A stretch of 64,000 bases of DNA from Pseudoteredinibacter isoporae (GTDB taxonomy: Bacteria; Pseudomonadota; Gammaproteobacteria; Pseudomonadales; Cellvibrionaceae). The notes beneath the pieces were generated by a model, which saw only the letters and a program-made list of their open reading frames with translations, was not told where the DNA came from and did no database searches. Where the stretch lies: contig NZ_JAAONY010000004.1 of the NCBI RefSeq assembly GCF_011602085.1, positions 93,472 through 157,471 of the forward strand, given 5' to 3'. How positions within the stretch are numbered: position 1 is the first letter of the stretch; each line of letters begins with the position of its first letter. The position numbers and the translations under genes were made by a program. Shown here in pieces: positions 28,197 to 36,000 of this stretch.

Positions 28197-28589
28197 TCAT
28201 CGGGGTTGATTTAAACCGGCTGCAACATAGTGGCTGCAAACGGATAGTTCGTGGCGCAACTGCAGCCAGTGTGCTCGATCTTGTTCGTTTTCAATCAATT
28301 GGTGCAGGGTGTGCAAAGGACGATAGATGTAATCCAGGCACAAGCAGCGCCATTGAGGATCAATCAATTCGTCACTAATGGTATCGAGCAATAGATAAAA
28401 CTGTTGCTCAAAATGATTCTGTTGTCGTTCTTTGCTGCATCTCTGGCAAGGTTCCATTCCGCGGCGGTTTATGCAACAGCTTTCGGTGTGAAGCCACTTT
28501 TGAATCAGGTAGGGCGAATCCGGTGAGCTGCCTGAGCGTATAAGCTGGCGCAATTCCACGAGTTCAGGGTCCTGGGCAGGGATGTTCAT
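28197..28589 (-). CDS. Small Cys-rich protein, possible FagA-like (Fur-associated) protein upstream of fumC
   Basis: 130 aa, multiple Cys, ATG at 28589. Gene order (small protein, fumC, third gene behind a Fur-box-like site) mirrors the Pseudomonas fagA-fumC1 operon. Identity is inferred from context only. Confidence 0.35.
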   Translation of the reverse strand: MNIPAQDPELVELRQLIRSGSSPDSPYLIQKWLHTESCCINRRGMEPCQRCSKERQQNHFEQQFYLLLDTISDELIDPQWRCLCLDYIYRPLHTLHQLIENEQDRAHWLQLRHELSVCSHYVAAGLNQPR

Positions 28590-28622
28590 TGATGTTTCTC
28601 TGTGCGAATCTAAATGCGAACA

Positions 28623-28637
28623 ATTATCATTATAATG
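28623..28637 (-). promoter_or_regulatory. Candidate Fur box upstream of fagA-like/fumC operon
   Basis: gcgaacaattatcattataatgttg contains ATCATTAT (the Fur-box core). It lies 35-50 bp upstream of ATG 28589. Confidence 0.45.
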
Positions 28638-28855
28638 TTGTGATGGGGTAATGCAAGAGTTCTGAATCTGCCTCTGGGGCCGCTTTCATGGTATGGACAT
28701 ATGCCGATATTAAGCTCTGTGTCTCCCTGTTTCAGTGCGGCTCTGTGGTTGCGGATGGGTGGCCTTGGCGGGTGTGGGTTTTGACGACATGTTTTCAACT
28801 GTTTGTTTTTAATAGGTTTTCCGGGTTTCAATTCATTTGATTAAGGGCTTATTAA

Positions 28856-28903
28856 TTATTACATGTAATAGCGTTGACATATCACATGTAACAGAATATA
28901 TTT
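28856..28903 (+). promoter_or_regulatory. Sigma70 promoter (TTGACA-N17-TATATT) overlapped by palindromic TTACATGTAA / CACATGTAAC operator-like repeats
   Basis: attaTTACATGTAAtagcgTTGACAtatCACATGTAACagaaTATATTtt. The -35 and -10 hexamers are consensus or near-consensus. TTACATGTAA is a perfect 10-bp palindrome, repeated as CACATGTAAC between -35 and -10. Confidence 0.55.
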
Positions 28904-28908
28904 TATCC

Positions 28909-29538
28909 ATGAAAGCGAAATCTTCAGCACATTATCAACGCGAATACCGCCGCCGCTTGCGAGAGCAGGGTTTGGTGAAGAAAGAGGTGTGGATTCTTCC
29001 TGAGAATGCCAAGCAGCTTGCTGATATTGAAAAGCAGTTGCGCTTGCCTGGGAGCGGGGTTCGATCTAAAGGAGTGATGAGTATGACAGATAAAGTGGAA
29101 CGTTGGACGACGAGCAGTTTGTTCGAGGCTCTGGCAGAAACTGAACTTTTTGCCAGCGGGCAGGCGACCCTGGAATTAATCGACGGAATTGAGCCAACCC
29201 TGCACATTGTGATGACTGAGTACGGTGATTTGCCGGTTTTCCTGACGGTGAGTGGCGAGCAAATTATCGTTGAGTCTGTACTTTGGTCAGTTGCTGAGGT
29301 CAGCAATGTCGATGCATTTAATAAAACGGTGTTACAAACGCACAAATATTTTCCGCTTTCGACGATCAGTCTGGATGCAAGAGTCGATGGAAGCGATTAC
29401 TATCACATGTTTGGCGCATTGAGTGCGTCGTCCATTCTTCCCAATATTGTGTTTGAAATTGAAGTGTTGGCAAGCAATGTGATTCAGGCCACAGAGGCCT
29501 ACAGTGAGTTTTTATCCATTCCAGTTGAAGCGAGCTAA
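28909..29538 (+). CDS. YjfI-like DUF2170 protein (possibly two products: leaderless small N-terminal ORF plus DUF2170 from ATG 29089)
   Basis: C-terminal 150 aa (MTDKVERWTT...YHMFGALSASSILPNIVFEIEVLASN...) resembles the DUF2170/YjfI family that precedes PspA-like YjfJ in E. coli. AAAGGAG lies 8 nt before ATG 29089. ATG 28909 sits only about 6 nt after the -10, so it would be leaderless. Confidence 0.5.
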   Translation: MKAKSSAHYQREYRRRLREQGLVKKEVWILPENAKQLADIEKQLRLPGSGVRSKGVMSMTDKVERWTTSSLFEALAETELFASGQATLELIDGIEPTLHIVMTEYGDLPVFLTVSGEQIIVESVLWSVAEVSNVDAFNKTVLQTHKYFPLSTISLDARVDGSDYYHMFGALSASSILPNIVFEIEVLASNVIQATEAYSEFLSIPVEAS

Positions 29539-29552
29539 GCAAGGAGCAGGTG

Positions 29553-30239
29553 ATGAATATTTGGTCAAAAATGATGACAGCCCTGCGTGGTGGCGTTAAT
29601 GAAGCGGGTGAGGCTATTGTCGATAGCCAGGCATTGAGAATTCTGGATCAGGAAGTTCGGGATGCCTCCGAGGAGTTAAAACAATCCAAAGGCAGCTTGG
29701 CGGAAATCATGGCCAGACAGAAGCTGGCCGAAGAAAAAGTTGCGCAGCTTCAAAAGCAAATCGATGAGCATGAGGGTTATGCAATCAAAGCCTTGGAAAA
29801 GGGCGATGAAAACCTGGCCCGCGAAGTGGCTGAAAAAATTGCCAGCCTTGAAAATCAGCAGTCTCAGGAAAAGGAGTCCGCTGCTGGCTTTTCTGAAAGC
29901 GTTAGCAAGTTGCGCACGGCCATTCAACAGAGCGAGCGCAACATCAAGCGGCTTAAGCAACAGGTGGATACCGTTAAGGCCACGGAAAACGTTCAGAGGG
30001 CCCAAGCTGCAGTTGCTGAGCGACACAGCGGTTCTAATTCCAAGATGCGTACAGCCATGGATTCCCTGGAGCGTATCAAGGAGAAGCAGGCCTTGAAAGA
30101 AGCACAAATGTCGGCAGCCAGTGAGTTGGCAGAATCCGATGTTGACGTTTCCCTGCAAACCAAGCTGGAAGAAGCCGGCATTGCCAGCACTGGAAACAGT
30201 GCCGACGACATTCTTGAGAGACTGAAGAAAAAATCCTAA
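29553..30239 (+). CDS. PspA/IM30-family protein (YjfJ-like; ESCRT-III-like fold family)
   Basis: MNIWSKMMTALRGGVNEAGEAIVDSQALRILDQEVRDA... is the typical PspA N-terminus, followed by long coiled coils. 228 aa. AAGGAG lies 6 nt before the ATG. Confidence 0.85.
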   Translation: MNIWSKMMTALRGGVNEAGEAIVDSQALRILDQEVRDASEELKQSKGSLAEIMARQKLAEEKVAQLQKQIDEHEGYAIKALEKGDENLAREVAEKIASLENQQSQEKESAAGFSESVSKLRTAIQQSERNIKRLKQQVDTVKATENVQRAQAAVAERHSGSNSKMRTAMDSLERIKEKQALKEAQMSAASELAESDVDVSLQTKLEEAGIASTGNSADDILERLKKKS

Positions 30240-30288
30240 CGATACAAAAGCAACATAATACAAACGCAAGGAATAAGGAGGTGTGGGA

Positions 30289-30987
30289 ATGTTTGCAATT
30301 TTACTCAGTGAAGGTATGAATCCCTTTTACCAAAATATTGCTTCGTTCCCCACCGTTTTTTTTACTTTCTTTCTTGCCATTACCGTATTGTATTGGTTGG
30401 TAGCGGTTCTCGGCTTTGTGGATATTGATATTCTCGATTTCGATATCCCGGATGCCGATGGCAGTATGGACGTAAACCCGGACAATGGATTGTCCACCCC
30501 TGATGTGCTCGCCGGCTTTATGCTCCGTTATGGATTAGCAGGGGTGCCGGTCACCATCATTGTTTCCCTGATCGCATTATTCGGCTGGTTGGCTTGCTAT
30601 TACATTGTTCACTTCCTGTTTGGCATTATTCCTGATGGTCTAATGCGATACCTCGCTGGCATCCCTGTATTGCTGGTTTCATTATACCTGGCCGTGCACA
30701 TTACAGCGGTGTTGATTAAACCGCTGAGACCTCTGTTTCAGAAAGCTCAGCAACAAACGGTCAAACATATTCTTGGTCAAACCGCTATTGTTCGTACGTC
30801 CAAAGTTGACAAGGACTTTGGTGAGGTCGTTATGGAAGATGGTGGGGCAGGCTTAATCCTGAAAGCTCGTGCAGCGGGCGATGCGGTTTACACCAAAGGC
30901 AATCGGGTGGTGCTTTTGGAGCATTTAAAAGAAGACAACCTTTATCGAGTGGTATCTGAAGAAGAATTTTCAGGTCCCCAGCAGTAA
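30289..30987 (+). CDS. YqiJ-like (DUF1449/NfeD-like) inner-membrane protein, flotillin partner
   Basis: N-terminal TM helices, an acidic loop DIDILDFDIPDADGSMD, and a C-terminal soluble beta domain (QTAIVRTSKVDKDFGEVVMEDGGAGLILKARAAG). AAGGAGG lies 7 nt before the ATG. Immediately precedes the flotillin gene, as in E. coli yqiJK. Confidence 0.6.
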   Translation: MFAILLSEGMNPFYQNIASFPTVFFTFFLAITVLYWLVAVLGFVDIDILDFDIPDADGSMDVNPDNGLSTPDVLAGFMLRYGLAGVPVTIIVSLIALFGWLACYYIVHFLFGIIPDGLMRYLAGIPVLLVSLYLAVHITAVLIKPLRPLFQKAQQQTVKHILGQTAIVRTSKVDKDFGEVVMEDGGAGLILKARAAGDAVYTKGNRVVLLEHLKEDNLYRVVSEEEFSGPQQ

Positions 30988-31027
30988 CAAACTCAGAATC
31001 TAAAAACATGGACATGGAGTAAGCACA

Positions 31028-32974
31028 ATGGCTGACTTATCTGTACTTATGCCAATCGTAACCGGTGTAGGCATATTTTTTATCGTACTCATGGGCCTGG
31101 CGGCTCTATTCAAAGCCTTCTATGTGAAAGTTGAACAGGGGACAGCGTTGATTGTTAACGACATGAGTTCCAGCCCCAAGGTGCATTTTACCGGCGCTCT
31201 GGTTTACCCGATCATCTATAAGAAGGAACTGATGAAAATCTCCTTGATCACTCTGGAGGTAGATCGTCGGGGTAAAGATGGGCTCATCTGTGCAGACAAT
31301 ATGCGAGCCGATATTACCGTAGCGTTTTATCTACGCGTGAATGAAACCGCCGAAGATGTATTGAAAGTCGCCAAGTCCATTGGTGCAGGTCGTGCTTCGG
31401 ATAAGGAAGCCGTTAACCAGCTATTTAACGCCAAGTTTTCTGAAGCCCTGAAAACCGTTGGTAAGCAGATTGAGTTTGTTGCTCTGTTTGAAAATCGCCA
31501 GGAATTCCGTGAAAAAATTATCCAGGTGATTGGTGATGATTTGAACGGTTATGTTCTGGAAGATGTGGCCATTGATTATCTGGAGCAGACTCCGAAGGGC
31601 TCTCTGGATCCAAGTAACATCTTGGATGCGGAAGGCATTAAAAAGATTACCGAGTTAACCGCTGAGCAAAACGTACGCACGAATATTCTAGAGCGTGACG
31701 AAGAGCTGGCGATCAAGAAGAAAAATGTCGAAACCGTAGAGGCTATGCTTGAGCTGGAACGTCAGCAAGCCGATGCAGAGGCTAAGCAACAGCGTGAAGT
31801 TGCCACCATTCAGGCCCGCGAAGAAGCTGAGACCAAAAAGGTTCAGGAAGAAGAGCGCCGTAAGGCCGAAGCCACAACCATTCAGGTTGAGCAGGATCTG
31901 GCCGTGCAAACCGAAAACCAGAAGCGTGAAATTGAAGTGGCTGAACAAAACCGTCAGCGCGCGGTGGCCATCGAAGAAGAAAAGGTGACCCGAGCAAGGG
32001 ACCTTGAGATTGTTTCCCGTGAACGTGAAGTTGAGATCCAGAAAATCGAAGCGGATAAGGCCATTGAAGTCGAGAAGAAAGAAATTGCCAATGTGATTCG
32101 TGAGCGTGTTGCGGTTGATAAAACGGTTGCGATCGAGGAAGAGCGAATCAAGGAGGTTCGCGAGGTATCGGAAGCGGATCGCGCCAAGCAGACTCAGGTA
32201 CTGGCCGCCGAGGCGGTTGCCGAAGAAGAGAAAGTGAAGCAGGTGAAAGCGGCCGAGGCAGAAGAGCTGTCAGCCAAGCACAAGTCTGTTGAGATTACGA
32301 CGTTGGCTCAGGCTGAGTTGGATGCCGCTGCAAAAGAAGCCGATGCCAAGAAAAAACTGGCCGAAGGTGTTCAAGCCGAAGAGGCAGCGTCTGGTCTGGC
32401 TGAAGCTAAGGTTCAGTCCGCAAAAGCGGATGCCCTTGAGAAGGAAGGTGTTGCTGAAGCTCATGTTATTAAGGCGAAAGGTGATGCCGAGGCTGATGCC
32501 TTGCTGGGTACCGGTAAAGCCCAGGCCGATGTGACTGCTGCGCAGGGTGATGCAGAAGCACAGTCTGCTCGCGAAATTGGTTTGGCAAATGCCGAGGTAA
32601 CTCGTGAACAGTTCAAGGCTGAAGCCGACGGTTTGGTCGATAAGTTCCAGGCGATGAACAGCATGAGTGAAGATGCCCGTTCCCACGAAGAATATCGCAT
32701 GGGTCTTGAGACTGCGCTTAAAGAGGCCCTGGCTTCCATCGAAGCAGGTAAAGACATCGCCCGTGAAAATGCCGAAGTACTGGCGGTGGCCTTGCAGAAA
32801 GCGAAGATCGATATTGTGGGTGGTGAAGATCACTTCTTTGATAATTTCGCCAAATCTCTTTCAATCGGTAAGGCCGTTGACGGTCTGGCGGACAAGAGCG
32901 GGACCATTCAGGCGCTTTTGCACCGAGTGATTGAAGGCAAACCTGAAACATCCAAAACTGCTGAGGACGCTTAA
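31028..32974 (+). CDS. Flotillin-family SPFH/band-7 protein (YqiK-like)
   Basis: N-terminal TM, an SPFH domain (YVKVEQGTALIVNDMSS...ITLEVDRRGKDGLICADNMRADITVAFYLRV), then about 300 aa of Ala/Glu/Lys-rich coiled coil. 648 aa. Confidence 0.85.
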   Translation: MADLSVLMPIVTGVGIFFIVLMGLAALFKAFYVKVEQGTALIVNDMSSSPKVHFTGALVYPIIYKKELMKISLITLEVDRRGKDGLICADNMRADITVAFYLRVNETAEDVLKVAKSIGAGRASDKEAVNQLFNAKFSEALKTVGKQIEFVALFENRQEFREKIIQVIGDDLNGYVLEDVAIDYLEQTPKGSLDPSNILDAEGIKKITELTAEQNVRTNILERDEELAIKKKNVETVEAMLELERQQADAEAKQQREVATIQAREEAETKKVQEEERRKAEATTIQVEQDLAVQTENQKREIEVAEQNRQRAVAIEEEKVTRARDLEIVSREREVEIQKIEADKAIEVEKKEIANVIRERVAVDKTVAIEEERIKEVREVSEADRAKQTQVLAAEAVAEEEKVKQVKAAEAEELSAKHKSVEITTLAQAELDAAAKEADAKKKLAEGVQAEEAASGLAEAKVQSAKADALEKEGVAEAHVIKAKGDAEADALLGTGKAQADVTAAQGDAEAQSAREIGLANAEVTREQFKAEADGLVDKFQAMNSMSEDARSHEEYRMGLETALKEALASIEAGKDIARENAEVLAVALQKAKIDIVGGEDHFFDNFAKSLSIGKAVDGLADKSGTIQALLHRVIEGKPETSKTAEDA

Positions 32975-33034
32975 GCGGTATTGTCGAAGGCAATATAACG
33001 CCCAGCGTTAAGTAGGCAGGGGCAGCATGCCCCT

Positions 33035-33055
33035 TGGATAGACTGCCCGAGTGCT
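33035..33055 (+). terminator. Weak hairpin between flotillin and giant gene (possible partial terminator or RNA-processing site)
   Basis: caggggcagcatgcccctt, with a 6-8 bp GC stem and no U-tract. Weak. Confidence 0.2.
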
Positions 33056-33082
33056 GGTTCACTCCGGGCGGTGGTTTAGGCC

Positions 33083-36000
33083 ATGCAGAAGGAAAACCAG
33101 ATGGTAGAGCAGGTGCAATCTACAGATCTTGTCGACAATGCAGTCGCGGAAGGCGGCGCTTACGAAATCATTAAAAAGCGCTTGCTGGAGCAGGGTAAGC
33201 AACTCGACGCCAAAATCCAGACACTGAATCAATCCAGACTGGAAGAGTTTGGCAGCTCGGATATGAACGTCGCTGCACGGGTTCGAGTGCGCACCGAAAA
33301 CAATTGCATCGCGCGTGATATTGTTCAGATTGGCGATCATTTATTGTTTGCCTATAACGTCTTTATTGGGCTTAAAAAAGAAACCAAGGTCGAGGACGTC
33401 TTTGCGCTTTTTGATGTCAAAGAGGGGACGGATGGCGTCGAAATGACCCCTGTGTCTCTGGAAGGCAGCTTTCTGAAAGAAGCCTCTTTCCTGAGTGATT
33501 TTGAAGAGCTGTATCGTTATTACAAACACACCAAACTCATCCAGCTAATTATTAAAGATGGCAAATTGTTGGCTGGATTCCAGATTGGTGAGCGTCTGGA
33601 AGATATCCGAGTGTTTCGCTGGTCGGTATCACACGACGGGAAAACCGTTCAGTACATCGACAATCGTGGCGAGCGTGATATTCAGTTACCTCCGTCCTAC
33701 GACTTTGAATGGATCGAAACCGATCGTGAAAATGCCGTTCACGGCCGTCATCCACACATTAATATTCTCGATACGGTGTTTGTGGAGACCGTTGGTGGCG
33801 ACCTGACCATCAAGATCGAGAACAACACCGAAGACGGCCTGGGCATTTATCGCGAAACCGTAGAAGATAAGACTCAATCTCTGGATGATGCTGAGATCGC
33901 CTATGCAGCGGTTGGCAGTCTGATTCTGATTAAAGTGCGGCCTTATCGTGAAGATAATCGGCGCTACTTTATTTACAACACCCTCACCGAAGAAGTCCTC
34001 AGGGTCGATGCGATTGGTGAATCCTGTGTTCAACTTCCGGAAGACCATGGGCTTATCTTCCCGGGTGGGTATTATCTGCAAACGGGTGAATTCAAACATT
34101 TCGATGAAGAAACCGAAGGGCTGAAGTTCAAACGCAAGATCCGTTCGCCCAATGGCGAAGATATGCTGTACGTGTTTTATCAGCCTGAAGATGGGGTGGT
34201 AGGCCTGTTCTCCTATAATCTGATTGAGAAGGCATTGCAGAACCCGATTTACGGCCACGGATATGCCTTGGCCGAAAATGGCCGACTGGTGATTTTCTCG
34301 GCCGAGGTGGAGCCGACACGTGTACATCCTATGCAAATATGGGAAACGCCCTTTGAAAGTGCAGAATACGCTAGCAAGGCACCTGCCAGTCAGAGTTTTT
34401 TGGGGCGTATCGGTAATGCTGAATTGGTTCGAGGGGTGTCCGATCTCTACAGCATTTGCCGAATGATCAACAATCAAAGTGTTTCTGCCCGGTTATATGA
34501 AGAACTGGAAAAGTCGGCCAAGAAAATATTCGATGATCACTATTGGATCGAAGAGTCTGAAACCCAGGACATCGCGGCGGTTTTGAAGGAAATATCATCT
34601 ACATCAGAGTTGGTGATTGATGAGTTTGAAAAAGTCCAGAGCATTCAACAGCAATCTGCCAGGAGTATGCTGGAAGCGGAACAGCAACAGGAGGCACTGT
34701 TGCAATCGGTTCGCCCGGAAAACTGGGACAATGCCGAAGAATATGTGAACGCATTGGCTCAGCTGCGCCGTCAGCGTGGACATTTGGTGACCATGCGCAG
34801 TTTGCGCTATATCGATCTGGAAAAAATAGGCAAGCTTGATGAAGAGCTGCAATCGGTCGAGGAGAATCTCACCGAACGTACCGTCGAGTTCCTCTCGGAT
34901 GAGCAGGCGCTGGAACCGTATTTACATAAAATCGATGACTTGAACAAGCAGGTTGACGGGGCGGAGACCATTGCCGTTTTGGAGCCATTGATTGAAACCA
35001 TCGAAAGTACCGCCGAAGGTCTGGATCTTCTATCAGAGTTGATTGGCACGCTGAAGGTGGATGATGCGACGATAAGAACTCGTATTATCGATTCCATTTC
35101 GATGGTGTATTCAAAGCTGAATCAGAGTAAGGCGAGTGCCAAACATAAACAAAAATCTTTGGGTTCATCCGAAGCAATTGCGCAGTTTTCTGCGCAGTTC
35201 AAATTGTTTTCACAAAGTATTACTAATGCTTTGGGCGTTTCCAGCACTCCGGAGAAATGTGATGAACAGCTTTCACGCTTGCTGGTGCAGTTAGAAGAGC
35301 TGGAAAGCCAGTACAGCGAATACGATCAGTTCCTTGCGGATATCATGGATAAGCGCGAGGAGATTTACGAATCGTTCGAAGGTCACAAGCAACAATTGCT
35401 GGATGCTCGGCAGCGCAAGGCGCAATCGGTTTCCGATGCGGCCTCCCGCATTCTGGGCAGCATTGAAAAACGTTCATTGAAATTCACAGAAGCGGATGAG
35501 CTGAATACCTATTTTGCGTCCGATGCCCTGGTGATGAAAATCCGCGAGCAGGTTGAACAACTGCGTGAGCTGGATGCCGCTGTGAAGGCGGATGATGTGG
35601 AAGCAAAACTGAAAGCCATTCAAGAGCAGGCCTTGCGTTCCCTGCGCGACAAAACCGATATCTATGAAGATGGCGGCAATGTCATTAAGTTGGGGCCGCG
35701 CCATAAGTTCTCGGTAAACACTCAAGAGTTGGATCTCACGATCATTCCCCGGGACGGTCATTTGAATGTCCACCTTACCGGTACCGATTATTACGAGGTG
35801 ATTGAGCATCCCGAGTTGATGGCGCTCAGAGAGTTTTGGGGCATGGGATTGGAATCTGAAACTCCTGAGGTGTATCGAGCTGAATACCTGGCTTCCTTGA
35901 TTCTTGATGCGGCGAAACATCAGCAGCATGATTTGTCGATGCCAATACTGAAGGCAGCCTTGAACAAAGAAGGTGAGCTTGATCGTGTCGTTCGCGAATT

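Noticed and set aside
33686-34477. 263-aa minus-strand ORF inside the giant AAA gene, plus several others (35474-36049, 37283-37735)
   Set aside because: All lie antisense within the uninterrupted 5.4-kb ORF. None has an RBS or recognisable domains.
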